Source: Octopus vulgaris
Taxonomy: Eukaryota
DNA length: 64,000 bases
Reading direction: 5' to 3'
Assembly: GCA_951406725.2 (NCBI GenBank)
Contig: OX597823.1
Coordinates: forward strand, 105,090,001 to 105,154,000
The position numbers and the translations under genes were made by a program. Below the pieces are notes generated by a model, which did no database searches, was not told where the DNA came from, and saw only the letters and a program-made list of their open reading frames with translations. Positions 26,438-39,735 of this stretch are shown one piece after another; positions within the stretch are counted from its first letter, which is position 1, and each line of letters starts with the position of its first letter.

Positions 26438-27124
26438 ACACACATATATATAGGTGTAACTATGCTAAAACTGGGATATACATGGTTAATACAGATGTCA
26501 GGTGTGTTGGTTGGGATTAAAACTCCAGTCTTTAATTAGTTGATATTGGATGGCTATCAAGTATTTCTTAGATTAATTAGTGAAATGATCCAATGCTAAA
26601 TGAAATATAAATGAATCCAAGGCTTCAATGATTTTCATATACATGGCCAGTACTTAACTTTTAATTTCTAGCATTAATGACAGATAAATCTCATCATATG
26701 GATGCTAGACACATCTTCTGCTGGATAGGTAACATTCCAAAATATGGAAACAGCCTGGTTCCTATTCTCAAAAGCTAATTGAATGGATAAAGTACATTAC
26801 CATGAAGCACCAATTTAACAAAGCACTAGCAGCAGATTTGAACACATGAGTTGTTAGTCTAAAATTTTATATGCTTGGTTTATTCACACCACTGGATTTT
26901 TGAGTAATTAATTAATTTTTTGTTGCTATTGGTGACTAATAATGTCATTGGCTACAAAATTCCAATGGACCAATCATTAGTTCATTGTATTTCCGATAGC
27001 AAGAGTGACAACGGTGGGTCTGTGATTCACTGTTGAACAAATATTGCTTTGAACTTCATTTGTAAAGCCTCACTTTTTGTGCTTTGCTTATATACGTTAG
27101 CCAAAGATACATATATACACATAC

Positions 27125-27445
27125 TGGTGCTCTGTCAGTTACAATAATGAGGGTTCCAATCGATCAATTCAATGGAGCAGCCTCTCGGGAAATCAACATG
27201 CAAGTGGCTGAGCACTCGACAGACGCATGTACAATTAATGTAGTTCTCAGGGAGATTCAGAGTGACTCAAAGTGTGACAAGGCTGGCCCCTTTGAATCAT
27301 AGGTACAACGCATTTTCATCAGCTGAATAGACTGGAGCAATATAAAATAAAGTGTATTGCTCACTGACACAACCCACCACTGGAACTGAACTCATGACCT
27401 TATGATCATGAACTGAATGACCTAACCGTTAAGCCGTGTGTCTTC
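27125..27445 (-). mobile_element. SINE family D
   Basis: Collinear with 3895-4220. Confidence 0.75.
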
Positions 27446-27784
27446 AGTATATGCACATACATACAAACGGTTACACACACACATATATCATCATCAACAT
27501 CACCATCATCATTATCATTTAGTGTCCCTTTTTTTCCATGCATGCAGAGGTTGGTTTGTTCAACAGAAACCAATGCCTGCTTTGACATGGTTTCTACAGC
27601 TGGGTGCCCTTCCTAATGCCAGCCACTTCACAGAGTTTATTGGGTGTTTTCCTTGGAAGTAGGTGAGAGTTGGTGTCAAGAAGAGGATCCAGCCATAGGA
27701 AGCCTGCTCCAATGATTTACATCTGACCCATGCAGACATTGAAAAGTGAAAGTTAAAATGCTGCTACTGCTGCAGCTGATTGGC

Positions 27785-27802
27785 TATCTATCTATTTATC
27801 TG

Positions 27803-27868
<66 letters not shown>

Positions 27869-27881
27869 CATCTATCTATCC

Positions 27882-27924
<43 letters not shown>

Positions 27925-27945
27925 AATCTATCTATCTATCTATCA

Positions 27946-27976
<31 letters not shown>

Positions 27977-27997
27977 AATCTATCTATCTATCTATCA

Positions 27998-28032
<35 letters not shown>

Positions 28033-28045
28033 CATCTATCTATCC

Positions 28046-28096
<51 letters not shown>

Positions 28097-28100
28097 AATC
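27785..28100. repeat. (TATC)n microsatellite
   Basis: Direct inspection. Confidence 0.97.
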
Positions 28101-28104
28101 TATC

Positions 28105-28275
28105 TTATTTCTTTAATGCCCAGAAGGGGCTAAACATAGAGGGGACAAATAAGGACAGACAAAGGGATTAAGTTGATTACATCGACCCCAGTGCATAACT
28201 GGTACTTAATTTATTGACTCCAAAAGGATGAAAGGCAAAGTCGACCTTGGCGGAATTTGAACTCAGAACGTAAAT
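28105..28275 (-). mobile_element. SINE family B, 5'-truncated, inside (TATC)n
   Basis: Match to family consensus. Confidence 0.85.
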
Positions 28276-28302
28276 AAAGACGGATGAATCTATCTATCTA
28301 TC

Positions 28303-28367
<65 letters not shown>

Positions 28368-28796
28368 GTCTGTCTGTTGGTCTGTCTGTCTGTCTGCATA
28401 CCTGCATATCTGCCTCTCTATCTACCTGTCTGTCTGTTTCTTTTGTATGTCTCTGTCCGTCCGTCTGTCTGTTTATATGTCTGTCTATCTGTCTGTCTGT
28501 CTGTCTGTCTATTTCTGTCTCTGCCCCTGCCTCTCTATGCATATTTATATATGGAGTGAACAAGTCTTAATCTTTCCATCAATTTATAATTATAAATTGA
28601 TGTAAAAAATTACGAAACAATTATAATTGTTTCATGTGAATTTGCTCTCATCAATGTAGCCATATTTTACATTAATACAGACAACTATTGATTTTGGAGG
28701 TGTCATTTGAATGACACTTAACAAATCAGACTCATCAGAATTATGCATAAAACTCAATTTGTAGGAACTTGAATAATCAAGAATTCACACCTTGGT

Positions 28797-28952
28797 GCAG
28801 GCATGGCTGTGTGGTAAGAAGTTTGCTTCCCAACCACATGGTTCTGGCTTCAGTCCAACTGTTTGGCACCTTAGACAAGTGTCTTCTATTATGCCTTAAG
28901 CTGACCAAAGTTTCATGAATGAATTTGGTAGATGGAAACTGAAAGAAGCTAG
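28797..28952 (+). mobile_element. SINE family A, 5' half
   Basis: gcaggcatggctgtgtggtaagaagtttgcttccc... Confidence 0.8.
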
Positions 28953-29199
28953 CTATATATATATATATCGTAACTCCACTGTCGTGGAAGCCTTCTGAGT
29001 GGTCAATTCCGCTCATGCGAATATCACTCAACATCTGCACGGGTTCACCAATTATCGGTGAGTCAGGTGACATTTCCAGCCCATGTAAACTTGCTGTGTG
29101 TATATTCTACGATCCAGAGAGGAGTGGACAGCGTGCTGTGACCAGCGGTGTCAAATGGACGCCCGGCAGAATGGTCGGTCATGGTGATCAAGGTGATAT

Positions 29200-31190
29200 A
29201 TCATCATCATCATCATCATCGTTTAACGTCCGCTTTCCATGCTAGCATGGGTTGGACGGTTCAACTGGGGCCTGGAAAGCCTGAAGGCTGCACCAGGCCC
29301 AGTCAGATCTGGCAGTGTTTCTACAGTTGGATGCCCTTCCTAACACCAATCACTCCGTGAGTGTAGTGGGTGCTTTTTACGTGCCACTGACACAGGTGCC
29401 AGACGAGGATTGCGAACGGCCATGCTCGGATAGTGCTTTTTATGTGCCACTGGCACAAAGGCCATGCGAGGCTGGCAATGGCCACAATCAGATAGTGTTT
29501 GTTACGTGCCACCGGCACAGAGGCGAGGCAATGCGGCGCTGGCTACGGCCACGTTCGGATGGTTCTCTTACGTGCTACCGGCACTGGTATCACAACTACA
29601 AATTCCATTGATGTTGATCGATTTTGATTTTGATTTTCACTTGCCTCAACAGGTCTTCACACATAGAGTTTTGTGCCCCAATAAGGAAGGTATGCACAGG
29701 TGGACTGACTACATCCCAGGTAGAGGCCACGGGTTATGGCCTCACTTGTCCTGCTGGGTCTTCTCACGCTCAGCATACTTCCAAAGGTCTCGGTCTCTTG
29801 TCATTTCCCAGGTTTTCCTGGGTCTACCTCTTCCACAGGTTCCCTCAACCGCTAGGGTGTGGCACTTTTTCACACAACTATCTTCATCCATTCTTACCAC
29901 ATGTTCATACCAGCATAGACGTCTCTCTTGCACACCACATCTGATGCTTCTTAGGCCCAACTTTTCTCTCAAGGTACTTACACGCTGTCGGGTATGAACA
30001 CTGACTTTACACATCCATCGGAGCATACTGGCTTCATTTCTTGCAAGCTTACACATATCCTCAGCAGTCATGGCCCATGTTTCACTGCCATGTAGCATGG
30101 CTGTTCGTACACATGTGTCATACAGTCTGCCTTTTACTCTGAGCGAGAGGCCTTTTGTCACCAGCAGAGGTAAGAGCTCTCTGAACTTTGCCCAGGCTAT
30201 TCTTACTCTAGCAGTTACACTTTCAGCACACCCACCCTCTGCTACTAACTTGATCACCTAGGTAACGGAAGCTATCAACTATTTCTAGTTTTTCTCCCTG
30301 GAATGTGGCGGAAGATGCGCATTTTCAGTGTTTATTGGTCCTGAGCATCTGCCACATACAAAAACTATCTTCCTAGTTAGCCTTCCTTTGACATTGCTGC
30401 ACCTCTTATGTGTCCATAGCTTACACTTGGTGCTTCTTATAGAGTTCCTACCTACGCCTTTTCTATAGATCGAGCAGGGCCATCTACCTGAAGGTGTTTG
30501 TGATTTGTCTACCTTCCTACTTATTTGGACTTTGGTTTTAGCTAGGTTGACTCTAAGGCCCTTCGATTCTAATCCTTGCTTCCACGTCTGAAACTTCTCC
30601 TCCAGTTCTGATAGTGACTCAACAATTAGAGCAAGGACATCAGCATAGAGGAGCTCCCAGGGGCATCCTGTTTTGAATTCCTCCGTTATTGCCTGGAGGA
30701 CTATGATAAATAGGAGGGGGCTTAGGACTGAGCCTTGGTGGACTGATATATATATATTTATATTATAATGGAGATGTACTTGCATAGCAAGTGACCTAAT
30801 CTGAGATTGTAAGCTGGAACGAAAACAATTGCAGCGTGGAAGGTGTTTATAAGCCATTTAAGAAACACAGACTGAGGAGCATAGGCAAAAATGAATGTAA
30901 CTATAAATTTACCTATGTTAAGTTTCATCCTAATTACCCTATCACATACTCTCACTACCTCAATTACCTTATATACCCACTTTTCTGGTAACAGTATGCC
31001 TACACCACCTACTCCATCCCTTCTGCCAACCCAGAAGAATTTGAATCTCTGTCTCTTACCCATGAGGAATCTAGCTGAGGTTCTCCTCCATCTTACTTCT
31101 TGCACACCACACACATCAACATGCCATTGCCCTAACATTTCAATAATTTCCCCACTCCTTCCTTTCATTGTAGCCCTGAGATTGAGTACT
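29200..31190 (-). mobile_element. RTE LINE, internally deleted (APE fragment, RT C-half, 3' UTR repeats, (GAT)n tail)
   Basis: VDVCGVQEVRW (APE); HQGSVLSPLLF, ELLYADVL, AWAKFRELLPLL, GRGRPRKTW; interrupted at about 30748-30870. Confidence 0.92.
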
Positions 31191-32161
31191 TGAGAGTGGT
31201 GGTGATAAGGTAATTGTGGAAATTTTTGTCATCACCTGCAAAGAAGATCTGTGGAAATACTTGCCAGCTAGCATAGAGCTTTGATACATAGTTTATTTAT
31301 TGAATTACAACGAATCACAGTTTTCCCCACCTTGTCCATCATCTAGAGCAGTGGTCTTTTGATCACTCTAACCACCACCATCACCACCATCATCATTTTA
31401 CGTCTGCTTTCCATGCTGGCATGGGTTGGACAGTTTAAATGGAGCTTGCATGGCAGAAGACTGGAGCAGGCTTCAGTGTTTGTTTTGGTATGGTTTTTAC
31501 TTAAGGTGTTGGTCAACCACAGAGCATGGTGGTAGAAGACATTTTCCCAAGATGCCATGTAGTGGAATTGAACCCAGAACCGCATAGTTACAAAGCAAAC
31601 ATTTCTTAACCATGCATACATAAAAACACATCCCTAAAATACTGGAGTTAAGCATCCCTTAATCTCTCCTTGAATTTGCAACCGGGCTAACAAAAATTTT
31701 ATTATTTATAGCAGTCATTTATTTAGTTGTGTATCCTTTTGAAGACATAATCTGTATGTAATAATTAAGCATTAATCAGCTTCTTGATATGAATTAACTC
31801 TGTTGGTGATCTATGATTCTAATTTAATTAGTTCAGGTGTTGCTCTTTCATAATTTAGTCTCTGCCCTTTCATGGTTTGTTTACCAGCACATCCATAATA
31901 TATAATTAGATCTAGTTCTTCTGGTATGATGTCAACTAATTGTTTATGCTGATTGCTTTTCATGTTGAATTAATCATTGTTACAATTATGAAATGATTGT
32001 TGTGAAAGTAGATTACGTTACAAGTTGAAAAAATATAAATTAAAAACAAAAATATAGAAAAGTGCAGATAAACTGGAAGAGTTTAGCCCTAGGGACACAA
32101 TCAGAGTTAGAGTTAGCATTGGAAAAAAAAAATTTCTGTTTTCAAGTGAAGAGAAAATTAT

Positions 32162-32392
32162 ATATTTCTTTATTGCCCACAAGGGGCTAAACACAGAGGA
32201 GACAAACAAGTACAGACAAAGGGATTAAGTCGATTACATCGACCCCAGTGCATAACTGGTACTTATTTAATTGACCCAGAAAGGATGAAAGGCAAACTCG
32301 ACCTCAGTAGAGTTTGAACTCAGAATGTAACGGCAGACGAAATACTGCTACGCATTTCGCCCGGCGTGCTAATGATTCTGCCAGCTCACCGT
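32162..32392 (-). mobile_element. SINE family B
   Basis: Full copy. Confidence 0.9.
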
Positions 32393-32809
32393 GAAGGGAA
32401 AATTATAGGATGCTTGTAAATGAAGTGCAATGTGGAATTATTGAAAGAAATGGACAGTGAAGATGAAGAACATTTGAAGGCTAGGAAGATATGAGACAAG
32501 CATAGAGAAAATGCCAGAGTAAAGAAACAGCTGTAAGGTGCATGAAAGAAGACTGTGATGATATACATGTGTGGTGAATAAGAAGAAGGGAAAATGACAG
32601 ATGGGGCAAGAAGGGGCATGTGATGCTTGTAGAAGGGCCTGAGAAAGAGAGAGGATGATGTGAAAAGCAGTGGAGGCTGATTTCAAGATGTTGAAACTAA
32701 AGAAAGGAGATGACAGGGGATTACAACAGGTGGTAAGATGCTGTGGGGGAAGAGCAGACTTGTTCAATCCATGCAAGCACTGAAAAATGAACACAGAATG
32801 CTGCTGCTT

Positions 32810-33198
32810 GTTTGTTGAGTGAAGCGGTCTTCGTCCCAGAGCTCACAAGATCACGCCTCTGTAGTGGGAGAAGTCCAAAACGTGGTTCTTTGCTATTCGT
32901 AAGACCCGCAGAAGAGAAAGCAGGTCAACCCCTGACATCGAAAGCATCGACGGATGGATGAATGCGCATCCAGGCTTAGCAGTTGTGTAGGAAGTCGGGG
33001 ACGAGAAACAGGAAGAAAGAGTGAGAGAAAGTTGGAATGAAAGTGTACAATAGGGGTCGCCACCACCCCCTGTTGGAGCCTCGTGGAGCTTTTGGTGTTT
33101 TCGCTCAATAAACACACACAACGCCTGGTCTGGGAATCGAAATCGTGATCCTCCAACCGTAAGTCCGCTGCCCTAACCATTGGGCCATTGTGCCTCCA
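32810..33198 (-). mobile_element. SINE family C, long-tail variant
   Basis: tRNA-like head ggtggaggcacaatggcccaatggttagggcagcgg; inverted relative to 33665-34010. Confidence 0.85.
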
Positions 33199-33664
33199 CC
33201 GTTGTTGCTGCTGTTGTTGTTTTTGTGTTTTAGCTCCAGGCTGATTCTAGTTAAGGTGACTTATGATGAAATGCATTCCTGTCATGACCATCACAAATTA
33301 TTTCCAAACATAGGATATCTAAAACAACCTACGTTCATAAATTCATTTTATAGAAAATGGTAGCATATGATGTGAGAGGAATTTGGCTTTTGCTTTTAGT
33401 ATCACATAGAAACTCCTTCATTAGTTCAAATGAACATAGTTAATAGTGACCCTGATAATTTTATGAAAATTCGTTGTTTTCTTAAGATAATTTTTAATGT
33501 TTGTTTCTCATCAAGTCTAACATATTTCTGTATTGCATTTTGTACTGCTTTGTTCCTTCATCATTTCTTCATCATCATCTTCATCATCATCATCATCATC
33601 ATCATTGTTACCTTTATCCTCATCAGCAGTAGTAACAACAGCAGCAGTAGCAGCAGCAGCAGCA

Positions 33665-34012
33665 AGGGCAGCGAACTCGCAGTCGGAGGATCGTGGTGTC
33701 GATTCCCAGGCCAGGCGTTGTGTGTGTTTATTGAACGAAAACACCTAAAGCTCCACAAGGCTCCGGCAGGGGGTGGTGGTGACCCCTGTTGCACTCTTTC
33801 GCTCCAACTTTCCCTCACTCTTTCTTCCTGTTTCTTGTCCCTGACTTCCTACGCAACTGCTGAGCCTGGATGTGCATTCATCCATCTGTTGATGCTCTCG
33901 GTGTAGGGGTTGACCTGCTTTCTCTTCTGTGGATCTTACGAATAGCAAAGGACCGTGTTTCGGACTTCTCCCATCTTGTGAGCTCTGGGACGAAGACCGC
34001 TTTGCTCAACAG
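33665..34012 (+). mobile_element. SINE family C, long-tail variant, in (AGC/AAC)n
   Basis: Collinear with reverse complement of 32810-33175. Confidence 0.85.
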
Positions 34013-34474
34013 CAACAGCAACAGCAGCAACAACAAGAATAAAAGCTTTTATTAAAGAAACAACAGGACAGCTGAAGAGAATGTATGATACTCATTATAT
34101 TGTTTGAGCATGTCAAGAATATTCATGTAAATTCCAGTGGTTCCAGAAATGACAAATACCACGTAAATATCCCAATCTTTAATAAAAGACAATAGAGATT
34201 GCAACAGTTCCAATACCTAGTTTTTAGATGTGGTAGTTCTTTGATTTCATTTAATATGTTTGATAATTTTTTTTTTATGTCTAATTTCTCCTGTTGGTGT
34301 TAAATCAATTTTTAGTAATTTCTGTAGTGTTTTGTGTTTACTGATAAATACACGTAGTTCTCATTGTGTAAATAACTGTGACCTTATCATCTGACTGGCT
34401 AACACTTTGAGGATGATTTGTACTTTGGGCTATATAATTCTATGAGTGCATTTGTGTATGCATGTATTGTGTAA

Positions 34475-34557
<83 letters not shown>

Positions 34558-34565
34558 CACAGATA

Positions 34566-34608
<43 letters not shown>

Positions 34609-35469
34609 GTATATGTATATGTGTATATATATGTGTGTGTATAGGTATGGGTATATATATATAGATATATGTATAGGTATATATGTATGTATCTATATAT
34701 ATATATATGTATAGATAGATAGATAGATATATTTATGTATATATATATGTATGTATGTATGTATATATATATATATATATAAGCAAAAGATGTAAACATC
34801 AGTAAGAAAATTAATTGGTGCAGTCAACAGAAGCAACCCCTGTGATACTTTTTCTTTGAATGCATGAGAAAGATTTAATTATTGATGAGCTGGAAAACAA
34901 ACTACGAAAGGGAAGAGACTAAATTATGAAAGAACACCACCTGAACGAGTCTAATTAGATTCAAAAATCACATTAATTAATGCATGTACAATGGCTGATT
35001 AATGCACAGAGGACCCGTTGTCATTTTTACTTTTGATCATGCAATGAGCCAGTGGTCGATCCATTGAAAATCAATAGCCAATGACAATTCTATTATTTGC
35101 AAAATGCAATTATAAATAACATTGTGATATATCATTAACATTAAAGAAATGTAAACCAATGTTGACCCAAGTAGGACTTGAACTCACAATACAAAGAGGA
35201 TGAAGGTGAGTACTGTAGAGTATTAATGATAGTGTTCTATAATTTCTATCAATTCATCAATGTGTAAGTCTCTGTGCAGTTACTAGACCTTCTAGATATA
35301 ACAGTGAAATACCTTCTTTAAGTGCACATTGCTATCTTAAATGGAATGACGCATTAGACACAGTAGTTCTAAATCTCTTATGCCTGAATAAAAGTGGAGA
35401 GGTCATGGATAGAATTCTTTTAATCTTAGATTTACTCAATTAGGGTAGTTCTGCAGTAACATGTTACAG

Positions 35470-35783
35470 ATCACAGCGTACATGTACACTGCAACATAAT
35501 TTCTTTTCCTCAACAGGCCCTGCCCTATTTAACATTGTCCTGAAAGAGATCAAAGAGGAAAAGGATCCCATCAACTTTAAACGGAGTCTGGATAGATTCC
35601 TTCAAAGAATACCAGATAAGCCACCCATAATTGGATACAACTCACCCAACAAGAACTCACTACTTGAATGGACCATAAACAAAACTTGACTTAAAAAGGA
35701 TTTGAATAATCCTATCAGGTGGTGCTATTAAGTTAGACATGGCCTGGACCAATCTTTGGTCGAAACATATCTAAGTTTATCTA

Positions 35784-35790
<7 letters not shown>
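35470..35790 (+). mobile_element. CR1-group LINE 3' end
   Basis: GPALFNIVLKEIKEEKDPINFKRSLDRFLQRIPDKP..NKNSLLEW; terminal (atctaagttt)2. Confidence 0.8.
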
Positions 35791-35869
<79 letters not shown>

Positions 35870-35874
<5 letters not shown>

Positions 35875-36593
35875 CTTTTTACGTACCACCAGGCCAGGGA
35901 TCCTGGCTGGTTCGAAATCGAAACCGAATTGAACCAGCCAGGATCCCTGGCCTGGTGGTACGTAAAAGCACTATCCGACTCGTGGCCGTGGCACGTAAAA
36001 TACTCCAATGCGACCGTACGACAGGCACCCATGCCAACCCCCTTTGCTTGTGAAGACATGTTGGGGCAAGCGAAATCGAAATCGAATTGAACCAGCCAGG
36101 ATCCCTGGTCTGATGGTACGTAAAAAGCACTATCCGACTCGTGGCCGTGGCACGTAAAATACTCCAATGCGACCGTACGACAGGCACCCTTGCCAACCCC
36201 TTTGCTTGTGAAGACATGTTGGGGCAAGCGAAATCGAAATCGAATTGAACCAGCCAGGATCCCTGGTCTGGTGGTACGTAAAAAGCACTATCCGACTCGT
36301 GGCCGATGCCAGCACCGCCTCGACTGGCTTCCGTGCCGGTGGCACATAAAATACACCAATCTGACCGTGGCCGTTGCCAGCCCCGCCTGGCACCTGTGCA
36401 GGTGGCACGTAAAAAGCACCCACTACACTCACGGAGTGGTTGGCGTTAGGAAGGGCATCCAGCTGTAGAAACATTGCCAAATTTAGACTGGAGCCTGGTG
36501 CAGCCTTCTGGCTTCCCAGAACCCCGGTCGAACCGTCCAACCCATGCTAGCATGGAGAACGGACGTTAAACGACGATGATGATGATGATGATG

Positions 36594-36595
<2 letters not shown>
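35870..36595 (+). mobile_element. RTE 3' UTR with 158-bp tandem units and inverted 5' end
   Basis: Units start at 35931, 36089, 36247; tail ggacgttaaacgacgatgatgat. Confidence 0.85.
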
Positions 36596-36626
<31 letters not shown>

Positions 36627-36689
36627 TTGATAAAACGGTAAGATAACAAAAGAAAGAAAGAGACCTCAATATTATGTAAATAGAGGAAA

Positions 36690-37967
36690 TTAATCTTCCA
36701 TGCTAGAAAGACATTACTTTTCAGTGAGAATGCAAAGTGGGTAAAAAACACCGACACGGAGGGCGCTTTCGATGTGAGCATGGGTTCATATGATGGGGCA
36801 GGCATCTGTGATCTAATTGGACTCTTTCTCCTAGATACCTTCGGTAAGACATTCCCTAACGTACATTTCGCCATCTACAAAGATGATGCCCTCGCCTTAA
36901 CAGCTAATACAAATGGACCAGCACAAGATCGTTTTAGGAAGGATATTATCCAGTTAATGAAACACTTCGGACTTAGTATAACTATAGACACTAACCTGAC
37001 GGTTGTCAATTTCTTAGACGTTTCCTTAGATCTTAATAATAATATTTATAAGCCTTATAGGAAGCCCAATGATAGACTAAGTTATATTAATGTAGGTTCA
37101 TGCCATCCCCCTATAGTATTCAAAAATTTAGTTAAAAATATTAGTAAGAGGATTTCTAGCCTCTCATCTAATGAGGACATCTTCAATAGCGTTGCCCCAG
37201 TTTATAATAAAGCTTTAAAAGATAGTGGTTTTAGCGAAAAAATAAAATATACACCTATCACCAGCCCAACAATAAGGAAAAGGAATAATAGAAATAGGAA
37301 GGTCATCTGGTTTACGCCCCCTTACTCACCCGAGGTGGCCTTCAATATAGGTAAATATTTCCTAGCACTGATAGATAGACATTTTCCAGTTAACCATGCT
37401 TATAGGAAACTCTTCAATAGACACAATTTAAAAATTAGTTTTAGTTCAACTACCAATTTTAAAAACATAATCAATCATAACATACAAAAAACACAAGAAG
37501 AAAACAGCTGTTCATGCAGGAATAAAGAATTGTGCCCGCTAAATGGAGCTTGCATGTCCAAGACCATCATATATGAAGCTACCGTAAACTCTATAACCAC
37601 TAAAGACACCGTTTCGACGAAGAAATACGTGGGCCTGACAGAGGGTAATTTCAAGGCCAGGTTCAATAACCACACTTTGAGCTTTAGGCACTGGAACAAA
37701 AGAAAAGCGACACAATTATCCAATCATATTTGGTCTTTAAGAGATAAAGGTGTCGATTATAACATACAATGGAAGATTTTGGCCAGATGTAAGCCCTATA
37801 CTAACGGCAGCGGAAGGTGCGGTTTATGCGACATGGAGAGATGGCTTATCTGGAAAAGCAGCTTAGACCCTACCACATGTCTAAATACAAGGACAGAACT
37901 TTTCGGATCATGCCCACATGTGACTAAATTTCTGTTACGTTTTTGGTCCCCTAAAGAAAACGGATAG
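36690..37967 (+). pseudogene. PLE RT + GIY-YIG endonuclease, open frame but lacking N-terminus
   Basis: MGSYDGAGICDL, YKDD, VNFLDV, KPYRKPN, CSCRNKELC linker, IIYEATV...YVGLTEGNFKARFNNH, CGLC, LNTRTEL. Confidence 0.9.
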
Positions 37968-38163
37968 AACATGCTTTCTGTGTTATGTCCCAAGAAGATT
38001 TTATATATTTTTATATATTTTTATATATTTTTATGTATTTTTATATAATTTTTATGACGAAAAATGCGAGCGATGTATAAGTACGCAGGCAAAGCAGAGT
38101 TATAACAGAGTAATTTCCCTTCATTTTTAACGGTATATTTTTTCATAACGTTTTCAAATAGCC

Positions 38164-38226
38164 AGATAACCGATGAGATGGTGTTGTGGATTTCCACTTC
38201 GGCATCTGAAACTCAGAGTTTTATCT
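38164..38226 (+). ncRNA. Type I hammerhead motif (U4C variant) in PLE2 3' terminus
   Basis: agataa CCGATGA gatg...catc t GAAA ctcagag TT ttatct; perfect 6-bp stem I. Confidence 0.7.
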
Positions 38227-38267
38227 TGACTACCGAGTAATGTAACATATTGTATAGATATATACAC

Positions 38268-38300
<33 letters not shown>

Positions 38301-38317
38301 CACACATATATATATAT

Positions 38318-38364
<47 letters not shown>

Positions 38365-39384
38365 ACATGTTACTGCAGAACTACCCTAATTGAGTAAATC
38401 TAAGATTTATATATATATGTATGTGTGCGTGTGTGTGTTTGAGATTTCAGAGAGAGAACAAAAATGTGAGAAAAAGAATGAGAGAAATTTTGGAGAAAGA
38501 AGAATTACAATACAACACTAGAACAAAAAATGTTTTTTTTTTTGTTCTGTGAGAAAAGCAATAAGTGAGATACATATGTGTAAAGCATATAAGCAAAAAG
38601 AAGAAAAAGAAAAAAGGAAAATGAAAAACTTGTCTAAGAGGAGAGATTAAAAAGAAGAAAGATGGGAGTTCAGAGAGAGGAGACAAATGAGAGGAAAAAT
38701 AATAGAAAAATTGGAGAAAAATTAATCAAAATACAACTTTGTTGTAACAATTTTTGAAGTTTTGTTTAAGGTAAAAGAGAAAGAAAGAGGAATGAGGTGG
38801 ATCTGATTGAAGTGTGTGCATGGGTATGAGTGTAAAATGGTATTGCATGGAAGAAAAGCATTAACAAGAGAATGAAAGTTGGGGAAGAGTTGAGAGAGAG
38901 ATGAGAAGTGAGAGAAGAATGAGAGAAATTTTGGAGAAATACTGATGAAAGGTCTGGGAAATTATATAATGTGTGCAAAGTCCAAGGAGGAAGAAACATT
39001 ATATGCTATGGTGAGAAACTGACAACCAATTCACCCCTTATAATATATACATTAGAAGTTTTGAATTTGTGGAATATTATCAAATAGGAAGAGTTGGAGT
39101 ATTTCTTTTGATTCTCTGTCTTTTGAATGCAGAACCTGCTGAGATCAAGTTTTCCTCTCATCTTTCTGGGATCAGCAAATAAAGTATCGGTCCAGTTATT
39201 GGGTTGATTCTCTCTCACTCTCTCTGAAATGTGCATGCAGTTTAAAAATTATTTTGCAAACCTTAAGTTTGGAAATATGTGATGGTTACACCATCTTATC
39301 TTTAGTCAGAATCTCATCTTAAGACTGCTTAATTAGGACCAACCTGGGGTTTAAGATCAACAATAACAAAATGACCAAGCTTTA

Positions 39385-39735
39385 AGGTGGCGAGGAGCTG
39401 GCAGAGACGTTAGCATACCAGGCAAAATGCGTAGCCATATTTCGTCTGCCGTTATGTTCTGAGTTCAAATTCCGCCGAGGTCGACTTTGCCTTTCTTCCT
39501 TTCGGGGTCGATTAAATAAGTACCAGTTATGCACTGGGGTCAATATAATCGACTTAATCCCTTTGTCTGTCCTTGTTTGTCCCCTCTGTGTTTAGCCCCT
39601 TGTGGGTAGTAAAGAAATAGGTATTTCGTCTGCCGTTACGTTCTGAGTTCAAATTCCGCCGAGGTCGACTTTGCCTTTCATCCTTTTGGGGTCGATAAAT
39701 TAAGTACCAGTTACGCACCGGGGTCTATGTAATCT
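39385..39735 (+). mobile_element. SINE family B, head-to-tail dimer
   Basis: Second unit restarts at gtatttcgtctgccg (39621). Confidence 0.9.

Larger units (their letters stand above)
36620..38250 (+). mobile_element. Penelope-like element 2, 5'-truncated, in (TA)n
   Basis: RT+GIY-YIG ORF followed by AT-rich UTR and hammerhead motif. Confidence 0.9.
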
